From an uncultured Anaerolineales bacterium (lineage in GTDB: Bacteria; Chloroflexota; Anaerolineae; UBA1429): a stretch of 64,000 nt of DNA. The notes beneath the pieces are model-generated. The model had not been told where the DNA came from, searched no databases, and worked only from the letters and a program-made list of their open reading frames with translations. Position numbers and translations under genes: made by a program. Each line of letters begins with the position of its first letter. The stretch's first letter is position 1. Where the stretch lies: positions 113 through 64,112 of the forward strand of contig CAYZWT010000023.1 of assembly GCA_964482225.1 (NCBI GenBank), in the 5' to 3' direction. This document shows, one piece after another, positions 8,298 to 17,683 of the stretch.

Positions 8298-9260
8298 CTA
8301 CCAGCTCAGCACGCCCTTGATATAGCCGTCGCTCTGGTGCGAGGCGATCTCGAACATCCTGACCGCTTCATCCACCGGCAGCACGTGGGTGACCAGCGGT
8401 TTCAGGTCAAAGACGCCCTTTTTCATCAGCGGCACCGTGCGCGCAAAGATCTGGGCAAAGTGGGAAGAGATGTTGGGCGATGCGTTATAGACCTGGAACC
8501 CCGACATGTGCCACGCGCCCAGGTCCACCCGTCGGTCGCCGCCCTTGTGCCAGGAAAAGATGTTGAGACGTCCCGCCTGCCGCAGGATCTCATAGTTGAG
8601 ATCAAAGGCGGGCTGTGCGCCAGCCGCCTCGATCATGACATCCACCGGGTTGGCCTTGAGGGCCTCGATGGCCCGCTTGCCCTCATCGGTGCTGCTGTTG
8701 ATCACCTGATCGGCGCCAAACTGCCGGGCCAGTTCCAGGCGGCGGGGGTCCACATCTACGACAATGACCTCGTGTACCAGGGTATGGGCCAACGCTTGCA
8801 TCAGCAGCAGCCCCATGAACCCAACGCCCACCAGCGCCACCCGGTCGCCGGGCAACAGCTTGCACCACTCGATGCCGTTCAAGACGCAAGAGACGGGCTC
8901 GGCGATCCAGTGCTCGTAATCCTCGACAGCGTCATCCAGCTTGGCCAGGGCGGGGGCGGGCACGTTGGCGAACTGGCCGAACAGGGCCGAGTCGTTGCCC
9001 ATGGCCGTGACCTTGTCGCCGGGGGCAAAGCCGCTCACCCGGGCGCCCACCTTGCGTACGATGCCGACCCCCTCGTGGCCGTGCAGGAACGGGTAGGTGG
9101 TGCCGGCGGGCAGGATGCCCTTGTAGAGCGCCTGATCCCAGGCGCACAGGGCCGTGGCCTTGAGCTCGATCTGCACCTCGAACAGATCTGGATCGCCGAT
9201 CTCGAACTCGCGCAGTTCCACCTTTTCCGGCGCTACGTAAAAGACACCCTTTGCTTTCAT
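8298..9260 (-). CDS. Zinc-dependent alcohol/polyol dehydrogenase (MDR superfamily, sorbitol/threonine-DH-like)
   Basis: MKAKGVFYVAPEKVELRE...CAWDQALYKG...HGHEGVGIV...GFMGLLLMQ; Rossmann GxGxxG. RBS GGAGGGG. Confidence 0.8.
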   Translation of the reverse strand: MKAKGVFYVAPEKVELREFEIGDPDLFEVQIELKATALCAWDQALYKGILPAGTTYPFLHGHEGVGIVRKVGARVSGFAPGDKVTAMGNDSALFGQFANVPAPALAKLDDAVEDYEHWIAEPVSCVLNGIEWCKLLPGDRVALVGVGFMGLLLMQALAHTLVHEVIVVDVDPRRLELARQFGADQVINSSTDEGKRAIEALKANPVDVMIEAAGAQPAFDLNYEILRQAGRLNIFSWHKGGDRRVDLGAWHMSGFQVYNASPNISSHFAQIFARTVPLMKKGVFDLKPLVTHVLPVDEAVRMFEIASHQSDGYIKGVLSW

Positions 9261-9372
9261 GCTGAACCCCTCCCATGTAGAGCGTACATCGCACGATGAT
9301 GGGCGGATTATAGCCATGCTCGCGGGTGCAGGTCAAGGAGAAGGTGTGCTCGGGGCGGGCAGGCTGCCCGAG

Positions 9373-9400
9373 TTGCGCGCGCGTCCAAATGCGCTACAAT
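9373..9400 (+). promoter_or_regulatory. Sigma70-like promoter (TTGCGC-16-TACAAT) driving the cobalamin riboswitch leader
   Basis: -35 at 9373-9378 and -10 TACAAT at 9395-9400. The same GCTACAAT -10 also occurs at 15606 and 21636. Confidence 0.45.
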
Positions 9401-9419
9401 AGGCGCGTCAGTACAATCG

Positions 9420-9660
9420 TCTGGTCCGGTCGTGGTGCCCTGTTGGCCCGGATGCCCAGGGTGAAAAGCGAAGCCGGTGCGAGTCCGGCGCTGTCCCGCA
9501 ACTGTGAGCGATCCCGTATCGCAAGCCAGGTCGCCTGCCACGTTCCGTACGCGCCATGCAGCAGACCCTCGAGCGAAGGGTCGGCGCGATGCATACCGCT
9601 GGCCCCTGTCTCATGGGGGCGGCGGCGCCACGCCGAGCCCGAGCCGGCGTGTTTTTTGTT
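9420..9660 (+). ncRNA. Cobalamin (B12) riboswitch with a terminator-type expression platform
   Basis: Core GGTGAAAAGCGAAGCCGGTGCGAGTCCGGCGCTGTCCCGCAACTGTGAG matches the RF00174 core. B12-box-like GCCAGGTCGCCTGCC at 9525-9539. Terminator hairpin cacgccg-agcccgagc-cggcgtg plus TTTTTTGTT at 9629-9659. Confidence 0.6.
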
Positions 9661-9726
9661 GCCGTGGGGACGGGGCGTGGGCGGGCATCCTGGGCTCTCA
9701 GTGCGCAAAAGGAAAGGAGCCCGTCC

Positions 9727-11038
9727 CATGTCTCGTTTGCAGAGTGCTATCCCCTCAGGGCGAAATGCCCGTCTGCTTGGCGCGCTCATGGCCGCGCTGC
9801 TATTGATCGTAGCATTGGGCGCGGCCTGCGCCCGCCCGGCGCCCAACACCGCCCATGTTGTCATCCAGTTTGCCGATGGCCAGACCCATCTGCGCACCAT
9901 CTCTTGGTCTGGCGAGCTGACGCGCGTCCAGGCGCTAGAGCTGGCGGGCTATGCCGTGGCATCGGACGCCGCCGGCGAGGCGATCTGCAGCATCGCGGGC
10001 CAGGGCTGCCCCGCCCAGGATTGCTTCTGTCCCGCCAACCTTTGGGCGCAGGGCCAGTGGGATGGGGAGGGCTGGAATGGCGAGGCCTGGCCGCCGCCCC
10101 CCGTGCAGGCGGGTGACCTGATCGCCTTTCGCCTGGGCGTCCATCCCGACTACTCGGACTGGGGCCTGGCGGGCCATCTGGCGGATGCTTCCGGCTATCT
10201 GGCGGCGGACCGCGCGCTAGAATGGCTGCGCAGCCAGCAGGGACCCGATGGCGGCTATGACGACGGCCTGAATCCCGTGGGCGCAGCCGTGCGCTCGCTG
10301 CTCGCCCTGGGCGCTGCCGGATATGAGCCTGCCGCCTGGGGCAGCCCCAGCCTGGATGCGTACTTGACCCAGAGCGCCGCCAGTGACGTGGTCGCCTATG
10401 CGGAGAGCTCGGCGGCCGCCTCGGGCAAGCTGGCCGTCGCCGTTGCCTGGGCGGGCCAGAACCCAGCTTCGTATGCCGGGCTCGATCTGCCCGCTCTGAT
10501 CGCGGGCACCTTTGATGCGGCCACGGGCGCCTATGGAGGCGGCAGCGGCGATACCGCTTGGGCTGTGCTGGGCCTCTATGCCGCCGGCCAGCCGATCCCG
10601 CAGCGTGTGGTCGCCTTTTTCGAGGGCTCTCAGTTGGGCGATGGCGGCTGGGCGTGGAACGAGATGCAACCTCAAGGTGAGGTTCAGCATACGGCGGTGG
10701 TCATCCAGGCGTTGCTGGCCGCCGGAGCGCCCCGCGATGGCGACGCTATCGCCCGAGCGATGGCATTCGTGCGGCAGACGGCCAACCCCGACGGCGGCTA
10801 CCCCTACCAGGCGCCGGGGGAGAGCGATCTCGGGAGCACCGCCGCCGTGATCCAGGCGCTGCTGAGCGTGGGCGCAGTGGGCGACGATGCCGAAGCGCTG
10901 GCCGCCGCACAGCGCTATCTGCAGAGCCAACAGGATGCCGATGGCAGTCTGCGCGCCTGGTCGCCCCTCTATGCGACCCAAGAGTGCCTCCCGGCTCTGA
11001 TGGGCCGGACGTTCGGGCCGCTGGCCGGAGGGCAGTAG
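9727..11038 (+). CDS. Secreted protein: N-terminal DUF4430-like (transcobalamin beta-domain-like) module fused to a prenyltransferase/squalene-cyclase-repeat alpha/alpha toroid
   Basis: RBS AAGGAG. Signal/TM LLGALMAALLLIVALGAACA. GCPAQDCFCP motif. Repeats SQQGPDGGY, QTANPDGGY and SQQDADGSL. The 9326..9726 part of the ORF-track call is rejected as upstream read-through across the riboswitch. Confidence 0.65.
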
Positions 11039-11040
11039 CC

Positions 11041-11535
11041 ATGTCGCTGCGTCATATCGGGCTGCTCGGCCTCTTGCTCTATAGCCTGCTGGCTTGTGCG
11101 CCACAACCGACCGGTCAGGCGCCCATACAGGTGGGCCTCGTTGTGCAGGAGGGTGAGGGGAGCGTGCAGACCTATTGCGTCACGCTGGATATGCGCGACC
11201 CCAGCGGATACGACGCCCTCATGCTGGCGGGGCCGCCGGTGCAGGCGTTGGTCTCGGCGCAGGGCGTGGCCGTGTGCCAGATCGGGGAGGTGGGCTGCCC
11301 CACGGGCGATTGCTTTTGCCGGTGCCAGGGCTCAACGTGCGACTACTGGGCTTACTCCCACCTGCGCAACGGCCATTGGCAGACCGCTGCCACGGGCGCC
11401 GGCGGACGCCGCCTGAGCCACGGCGATGTAGAGGGATGGCGCTGGGGCGGCGGCTCGCCGCCGCCCGTGATCGACTTTGAGGAACTCTGCGCGCCGGGGG
11501 GCCAGGCCGCAGGCGCGCAGAGCGAGCGCCCCTAG
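11041..11535 (+). CDS. DUF4430-domain lipoprotein (putative cobalamin-binding beta-domain protein)
   Basis: ATG overlaps the upstream stop (TAGCCATG). Lipobox LLAC. GCPTGDCFCRCQG...DYWAYSHLRNGHWQTA is a paralogue of the N-terminus of the upstream protein. Confidence 0.6.
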   Translation: MSLRHIGLLGLLLYSLLACAPQPTGQAPIQVGLVVQEGEGSVQTYCVTLDMRDPSGYDALMLAGPPVQALVSAQGVAVCQIGEVGCPTGDCFCRCQGSTCDYWAYSHLRNGHWQTAATGAGGRRLSHGDVEGWRWGGGSPPPVIDFEELCAPGGQAAGAQSERP

Positions 11536-12392
11536 ATGCGCCCGTAGGCCCGCAGGGTTGTCAGCGCCGCCAGGGTGCGGTGGGCGCGCCAGGCCAAGGC
11601 CGCCGTTTCGCCGGGGGGCTCCCAGGCGATGGGCCAGCCGCCATCGGGTTGCTGCTGGGCCAGCAGGTCGTCCAGGTGCGCCTCGATCTGCTCCTGGCCG
11701 AACAGCCTCCGGAGGTAGCTATCGGGCGTGGGCGCCAGGTGCAGGGGCGTCAGGCCATAGCCCGAGATCGGCGCCTCGGCCAGGAAAAAGCTGGCCCGTG
11801 TAAGCTCGTCGGCCAGCCTGTCGAACAGCGCGCTCACATCCCGGGTCTCGGCGACGCTTTCCAGCAGGCAAAAGCCGTTCTGGATGGTGTGGGCATCCTC
11901 CATAGGGAGTCTTGCCAGGTGGGCGAGGCAGGCCCCCACAGCCCGCTCTAGCCAGGGGTGCTCGATGCGCTGCCAGTTGAGCAGCCCCACCAGGCTGATG
12001 AGCCGGTCCAGCGAGGGCTCCCGAGCGGAGGGGGCCTCCCAATGGGGCGCATGGTCATAGGCCAGCGCCGAGGGGAACAGGGTCGGAATGCCCGCCTCCA
12101 GGTCTGCGTGCTGCGACAAAAAGATGCAGGCGCCCTGGGCCAGGTCGGGCGCCCGCAACCCACAATCGTATAGGGTGCGCAGGCCGAACTCTAGATAGAG
12201 GGGTTGGCTCTCGGGCGCCCGCAGGTCGGGCTCCAGGGCGTGGCCCAGGCCGCCGTCGAGGTTCTGATAGGCCCGCAGCGCCAGCGCCACCCGGCCCGGC
12301 GCCTCGCCCTCCAGAAGGTGCGCCATGACGGCGCGCTCCAGCAGGCGCCCGTGTCGCCAGATGAAACGTTTGCCCTGCTCCAAGATCGTCAT
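11532..12392 (-). CDS. Prenyltransferase/terpenoid-cyclase-like alpha/alpha-toroid repeat protein (hypothetical)
   Basis: QQQPDGGWPIAWEP repeat motif. Convergent with the DUF4430 operon, with overlapping stops. Confidence 0.5.
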   Translation of the reverse strand: MTILEQGKRFIWRHGRLLERAVMAHLLEGEAPGRVALALRAYQNLDGGLGHALEPDLRAPESQPLYLEFGLRTLYDCGLRAPDLAQGACIFLSQHADLEAGIPTLFPSALAYDHAPHWEAPSAREPSLDRLISLVGLLNWQRIEHPWLERAVGACLAHLARLPMEDAHTIQNGFCLLESVAETRDVSALFDRLADELTRASFFLAEAPISGYGLTPLHLAPTPDSYLRRLFGQEQIEAHLDDLLAQQQPDGGWPIAWEPPGETAALAWRAHRTLAALTTLRAYGRI

Positions 12393-12463
12393 AACGCACC
12401 TACCTCACATACACTTGTGCCCTCTGGGCTCATACGGTTTGCCGACTTGTGTGGGCCAGATGC

Positions 12464-13351
12464 TCACTCCCCGCCCGGGCCGACCAGGGTATCGGCGCTG
12501 AGGATGATATCCTGGCCCGCCGGCAGCAGCACCGTGCGTATCGAGGGCGAGAGCCGCGTGGCCCACTCGTACTTGACCAGGTCGGGGTTGCCGCGCAACT
12601 GCGCGGCGATCAGCTCGAGAGCGGCGGCCTCGGCCAGGGCCTCGACCCGGCGCGATTCGGCGCGACCCTCTGCGGCGATGATGGCGGCCTTTTTCTCGCC
12701 CTCTGCCAGCGCCAGCGTGATCTCGACCTCTTTTTGCGCCGCCTGTAGCTCGTACTGTTTCTGCAGGGCGGCCTGCTCGGCCACCTGCTTGCGCTCGATG
12801 GCCCGGTTGAACTCTTCCGAGAACTCGATGTTAGAGAGCGAAAGCTGCACGACGACGATGTCGTTCACAGCCAGCCTGCGCGTCAGGTTCTCCTGGATGA
12901 CATTCTTGAGCACCTCGCGCTCCACCAGGATGCGCTCGATGCGGAACTGGGCCGTGGCCGCCTTGATGGCCTCTTGCAGCGCAGGCACGATGATGATGCT
13001 CTCATAGTCCAGGCCGACCTCTTGGTAGAGCTTGTTCACGGACTGTGGGTTCAGGTGATAGTTCAGTACGCCGGTGACATTGATCAGTTGCAGGTCGGAG
13101 GAGGCGGCCTCGGCGAATACCTCTAGCTTTTTCGTGCGCACGTCCACGGGCACGGCCTGGCGCACGATGGGCGGCACGATCAGGTGGAACCCCTCGCCCA
13201 ACACCGTCTGCTCCACCCGCCCCAGCATAACGACCACGCCACGATGGCCAGGGGTGATGATGGTATAGGATGAAAAGATGATCACCAGAACCACCACCAC
13301 TATCACGGCCAGACCCATGATCCGCACGGTAGACACGGTACGCTTTTCCAT
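12464..13351 (-). CDS. SPFH/band-7 (prohibitin/HflC-like) membrane protein
   Basis: N-terminal TM, then GHRGVVVMLGRVEQTVLGEGFHLIVPPI... band-7 core and a C-terminal coiled coil. Confidence 0.85.
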   Translation of the reverse strand: MEKRTVSTVRIMGLAVIVVVVLVIIFSSYTIITPGHRGVVVMLGRVEQTVLGEGFHLIVPPIVRQAVPVDVRTKKLEVFAEAASSDLQLINVTGVLNYHLNPQSVNKLYQEVGLDYESIIIVPALQEAIKAATAQFRIERILVEREVLKNVIQENLTRRLAVNDIVVVQLSLSNIEFSEEFNRAIERKQVAEQAALQKQYELQAAQKEVEITLALAEGEKKAAIIAAEGRAESRRVEALAEAAALELIAAQLRGNPDLVKYEWATRLSPSIRTVLLPAGQDIILSADTLVGPGGE

Positions 13352-13560
13352 CGAGCCTCCTCATCCTCAATATCTAAATTCAACGATGTATCATATCACG
13401 GGGCGCGCCTGAGAGCCAACGAGCCCTCCATCCCTCTACGCAGGTGGCAACGCTACGTTGCGCCGTGGGATCGGCAACCGACCGCGCGCCACCCCGACTC
13501 TCGGGATGGCGCGCGGTTGAGGGCTGGTACGGAGCTACGCTACCGGCGGGCGTGTCGCCT

Positions 13561-15387
13561 CTAGGATGACTTGCCCACGATCGGATCAGGACGCAGGCTA
13601 TCGCCAGGGCCCGGGACCACAGGCGCGGGCAACTCGGGCCCGATCACCGGCAGTGACGGCGATGCGATGGGCTTTTCCGGCTTGACGGGGCCAGGCAGCG
13701 GAACGGGCGCGCTGCGTGGCTCTGCCACAGGCCGGCAGCCCTCCTGGCCAGGGGTGCACGGCACAGGCGGGTTGGGAACGATGGACGCGCCCGGCGGCGG
13801 CACGATGGAGGCGCTGTAGACGGCCTCTACCGGGCCATAGTCCTCATAGCCGCCTTGCAGGTCATAGGCGCGCAGGTAAAAGAGAGCCCCTACGGCGATA
13901 TCGGACCGGTCAGCCTGGTAGTAGTACTCTGACCCGGTTGTGAACCCTTGGGTGGGGATAAATGCCTCGTTGATCTGGATCATCTCGCCGCCGCCGGGCT
14001 GGACGGCGAACAGGTCAAAGCCCCGGTTGTCGGCCTCGTAGCCCGTGGTCCACATGAAGCGCAGGGTGTCGTTGTCTCGCAGCGTCTCAAAGCTGGAGAC
14101 CGTCACCGCCGAAGGGACAACGGGAAAGCCATAGAAGCCGGCGTCCAGATCCAGGTAGTTATCGCCCCAGTTCAGGGTGACGGTCTGGGTGCGCCCGGTA
14201 ATGGGGTCGGCGTCGCTATCGAGGGCGTCAGGGCCCGCATCTTGGAGGGTAAAGAAATAGGCAAAGTAGGGATCAACGGGCACTGCAAAGACCACGTAAT
14301 AGTCGCCAGCATCGAGCCCGTCAAAGAGATAGTAGCCGTTGGCGTTGGTAGTGGTGGTGGCAACGAACGTGCCGTCGCCCCTGTAGAGGGTGACGCTCAC
14401 CCCGGGGATGCCGGGCTCGCCGGCACCCTGGATGCCGTCAATGATCTGTTCGAACCAGACATAATCGCCCAGGCTGGCCTTGGCCACGTAACCGGCGTCC
14501 AGATCCAGGTAGCTGTCGCCCCAGTTCAGGGTGACGGTCTGGGTGCGTCCGGTGTCGGGATGGGCGTCGCTATCGAGGGCGGGGTTTTGGCCGCTGTGCT
14601 GAGACGTAGGGGAGTAGGCAAAGGCGGCATTGTCTGGCGGCGCAAAGATGACGTAATAGCCGCCAGGAGTGAGACCATCGAACAGATAGTAGCCGTTGGC
14701 GTCGGTGGTGGTGGTCTTGAGCAGGTTGTCGTTGGCGTCATAGAGCCGTACCGTCGCGCCTTCGATGCCGGGCTCGCCCTCGTCCTGGATGCCGTCAGAG
14801 TTCTGATCGAACCAGACATAATCGCCCAGGCTGGCCTTGGCCACGATGGCGCAGACGAGCGAAGGGCCGGGGATCGTCCCGGTCTGAAAGCTGGGCCCGG
14901 CCTTGGCGGCCAGGGTAATGTCGCCCACAGCATAGTTGCCATTGACCGTAAAGTAGTAGTACTTGGTCTGGCCGTCATCAAAGCCTTGGTTGAACTTGAG
15001 CCCGGTCGTGTTCGTGGTGGGGTCTCGTTTGGGTCTCGCCGGAAAGCTACTGGGCTCGGGGGCGCCCTGGCCCGGGTATAGCGTGTTCATATCCATGTTT
15101 ACGCCGTCCCACAGACCTGCGCCGAGGATCCTGATGTCAGGGCATGTCATCTGAAAGACAACATGGCTGAGGGCCGGGCTGCGCCCCGAGGTGACTTTGT
15201 AGTACCAGGTGGAACGCCCGGCGACGGGGTAATCGTAGCGGACGCCGTAAAAGGTCGCACTGTGCGACCCAATGGAGACCGTTGTCTGCGCGCCCACGTT
15301 GGGCGCCGCCCACAAAACGACGCTGGCGAGGATCGCCAGCGTAAGCAGCATCCTGGGCCACACGCGAGCTGCATGATTGGTTTGCAT
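13561..15387 (-). CDS. Secreted cell-surface protein with two SdrD B-like (Cna-B type) repeats and a Pro-rich C-terminal tail
   Basis: Signal peptide. Two copies of LGDYVW(F)DQNSDGIQDEGEPGI.G.TV.LY..G....TTTT.ANGYYLFDGL. C-terminal PPVPCTPGQEGC...PVPLPGPVKPEKP. Confidence 0.7.
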   Translation of the reverse strand: MQTNHAARVWPRMLLTLAILASVVLWAAPNVGAQTTVSIGSHSATFYGVRYDYPVAGRSTWYYKVTSGRSPALSHVVFQMTCPDIRILGAGLWDGVNMDMNTLYPGQGAPEPSSFPARPKRDPTTNTTGLKFNQGFDDGQTKYYYFTVNGNYAVGDITLAAKAGPSFQTGTIPGPSLVCAIVAKASLGDYVWFDQNSDGIQDEGEPGIEGATVRLYDANDNLLKTTTTDANGYYLFDGLTPGGYYVIFAPPDNAAFAYSPTSQHSGQNPALDSDAHPDTGRTQTVTLNWGDSYLDLDAGYVAKASLGDYVWFEQIIDGIQGAGEPGIPGVSVTLYRGDGTFVATTTTNANGYYLFDGLDAGDYYVVFAVPVDPYFAYFFTLQDAGPDALDSDADPITGRTQTVTLNWGDNYLDLDAGFYGFPVVPSAVTVSSFETLRDNDTLRFMWTTGYEADNRGFDLFAVQPGGGEMIQINEAFIPTQGFTTGSEYYYQADRSDIAVGALFYLRAYDLQGGYEDYGPVEAVYSASIVPPPGASIVPNPPVPCTPGQEGCRPVAEPRSAPVPLPGPVKPEKPIASPSLPVIGPELPAPVVPGPGDSLRPDPIVGKSS

Positions 15388-15780
15388 CTATCTCTCCTAA
15401 AAGGCGCCACCCGTAACGGATAGCGCCTTATGCATAAAACGAACGTAAAGGAACTAGGCAGATTATAGCGTAAAACTTGCATAAAGTCAAGTTAAGGAGA
15501 TGCGAGTTTTCGCAGGATTCTGTGTTCTCAATAGCAGGGGGGCGCCGCAAGCTGCTTTTGGCGTCAAGGCTCTGCTCGAATCCGGGCAGGCGGCGCTTTT
15601 TGTGCTACAATAGCAGCGTTGCGCGGAGCAAGCGGCGTGGCTCCTACATGCGGGTTCATCGCCGGGGACGGCAACGGCGTTTGGGCGACTCCCGCAGACG
15701 CGCCCACGTCATTGCTTGTGCCTGGTTGCCTTGGCGCAGCATAAAGTGGCGACATGGTTCTGTTCACGATAGGAGGCGCC

Positions 15781-16167
15781 ATGCAGACAGTGCAGACCGA
15801 TCAGGCCCCGCTACCCTTGGGGCACTATAGCCAGGCCATGGCGCACGGTGGGCTGGTGTTCGTCTCGGGCCAGTTGCCCATCAACCCGGCCACCGGAGCG
15901 GCGGCAGGCCCCTCCATCGAGGAGCAGATGGAACAGGCCCTTGCCAACGTGGCGGCGATCCTGGAGGCTGCCGACAGCGGCCTCGACCGTATGCTCAAGG
16001 TGACCATCTACATCGCCGATATGGCCCTGTGGGGGCGGGCCAATGCCGTCTATGCCCGGGTCCTGGGCGAGCACAAGCCCGCGCGCGCCGTGGTGCCCAC
16101 GCTGCCCCTGCACCACGACTATCTGGTCGAGATCGAGGCGATCGCCGCCATTGGGGATGCAAGCTGA
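15781..16167 (+). CDS. ridA: RidA/YjgF-family reactive-intermediate (enamine/imine) deaminase
   Basis: MQTVQTDQAPLPLGHYSQAMAHGGLVFVSGQLPINPATG...VPTLPLHHDYLVEIEAIAA. RBS TAGGAGG. Confidence 0.85.
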   Translation: MQTVQTDQAPLPLGHYSQAMAHGGLVFVSGQLPINPATGAAAGPSIEEQMEQALANVAAILEAADSGLDRMLKVTIYIADMALWGRANAVYARVLGEHKPARAVVPTLPLHHDYLVEIEAIAAIGDAS

Positions 16168-17297
16168 TGGCGGCGGCCTTGCAGTTGCACTGTTCACGTT
16201 GTGGCGAACGCTACACACCGGAGGCCCTGCGCTGGCGCTGCGATTGCGGCGGCCCGCTGGACCTCGCCTGTCGGCCACGCTTTGACCGCAGACGGATCGC
16301 GGGGCGAGGGCCCACCCTGTGGCGCTATCGCGAGGCGCTGCCGCTGGCGCCCGAGGCCACGCCGGTGCACCTGGGCGAAGGCTATACGCCGCTCTTGCAG
16401 GGGCGCGTGGGCGGGTTCCCGGTCTGGCTCAAGCAGGATCACCTCTTTCCCACCGGCTCGTACAAGGATCGCGGCGCCGCCCTGCTGATCAGCCATGCGG
16501 CAGCGCTGGGCGTGCAACGGGTGGTGGAGGACTCGTCGGGCAACGCGGGCGCCGCCATCGCAGCCTATTGCGCACGGGCCGGGCTGGCCTGCGATATTTA
16601 CGTGCCTGAGGAGAGCTCACCTGCCAAGCTGCTGCAGATTCGGGGCTATGGCGCGACGCTGCAACGGGTGCCCGGCGGTCGCCAGGCCGCTGCCCTCGCA
16701 GCGCAAGAGGCAGCCCAGACGACCTACTATGCCAGCCACGTCTGGAACCCGTTCTTCCTACATGGCTGCAAGACCTTTGCTTTTGAGGTGTGGGAGCAAT
16801 TGGGGCGACGCGCGCCCGATAGTCTGGTGTTGCCCGTGGGCAACGGCACGCTGTTGCTGGGCGCGGCCATCGGCTTTGATGAGTTGTTGGCGGCCAGGCA
16901 GATCGAACGGGCGCCCCGCTTGATCGGGGTGCAGGCGGCGGCCTGCGCGCCATTGGCCCTGGCCTACGAGGGCGGCGCAGAGGCGCCGGTGGAGGTGGCG
17001 ACGCAGCACACCTTGGCCGAGGGCATTGCCATCGCGGCGCCGGCCCGGGGCGAGCAGATCCTGGCGGCAGTGCGGCGCAGCGAAGGGCAGTTCATCGCCG
17101 TGACCGAGGAGGAGATCGCCACGGCGACCAGGGCCTGGTGGCGACATGGCTTTGCGCTAGAGCCCACCGCAGGGGCGACCCTGGCCGGTCTGGCGCGCTA
17201 TCTGGCCGCTGGCAGCCACTCCCGTGAGATCATTGTATCGGCCATCACGGGGCACGGGCTCAAGGCGCCCGCCTCGCTGGCGGAACTCTTGCCGTGA
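16167..17297 (+). CDS. Threonine-synthase-like PLP-dependent enzyme (fold-type II) with an N-terminal Cys4 zinc ribbon
   Basis: CSRCGERY...CDCGGP zinc ribbon. YTPLLQ...SYKDRGAALLIS (PLP lysine). SGNAGAAIAAY. The ATG overlaps the ridA stop (TGATG). Confidence 0.75.
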   Translation: MAAALQLHCSRCGERYTPEALRWRCDCGGPLDLACRPRFDRRRIAGRGPTLWRYREALPLAPEATPVHLGEGYTPLLQGRVGGFPVWLKQDHLFPTGSYKDRGAALLISHAAALGVQRVVEDSSGNAGAAIAAYCARAGLACDIYVPEESSPAKLLQIRGYGATLQRVPGGRQAAALAAQEAAQTTYYASHVWNPFFLHGCKTFAFEVWEQLGRRAPDSLVLPVGNGTLLLGAAIGFDELLAARQIERAPRLIGVQAAACAPLALAYEGGAEAPVEVATQHTLAEGIAIAAPARGEQILAAVRRSEGQFIAVTEEEIATATRAWWRHGFALEPTAGATLAGLARYLAAGSHSREIIVSAITGHGLKAPASLAELLP

Positions 17298-17409
17298 ACG
17301 TGGCCGTGCGTCTGGGCAGATCTCGCTCAGGCGTGTTCAGAGGATGAGGTAGGGGTGTGCTGCGCATACGTGCGCAGCCTGCCCACTTGTTTTCAGAGGA
17401 GTTGGCCTG

Positions 17410-17582
17410 TGAGACCCAATCCTGTTCGCTACAAGGCATCGCGCATAGCCATCTGGATCGGCGCTGCTGCTGCTATGGCGCTGCGCTTTGGGTTCGATCA
17501 AACGCCCACCGTGGCAGCCATCGCCTTGGCCGTTGCGGTGGGCATCGGGCTGTTTGTGGACCTGGTGATCCGCAAGGCGTGA
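17410..17582 (+). CDS. Small (57 aa) membrane protein, hypothetical
   Basis: RBS AGAGGAG lies 7 nt before a GTG. Two hydrophobic segments; no homology recognised. Confidence 0.3.
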
Positions 17583-17683
17583 GCGCCGCCCGTCAGACAG
17601 GGCGACGCTGGGCCGCTCTCACTGGCTCGAGCGGCCTGTCACCTCGCCCGCTTTACGCGACGCGCGAACGGCTCCGTGTAATG

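Noticed and set aside
9326-9726. N-terminal extension of the ORF-track call 9326..11038
   Set aside because: This stretch contains the promoter, the cobalamin riboswitch and its terminator. The real gene starts at ATG 9727 behind an AAGGAG RBS.
13948-15081. 377-aa ORF on the + strand
   Set aside because: It lies entirely antisense to the well-supported SdrD-repeat surface-protein gene (13561..15387). Its Gly/Ala/Val-rich translation is typical of GC-rich shadow frames, and it has no RBS.
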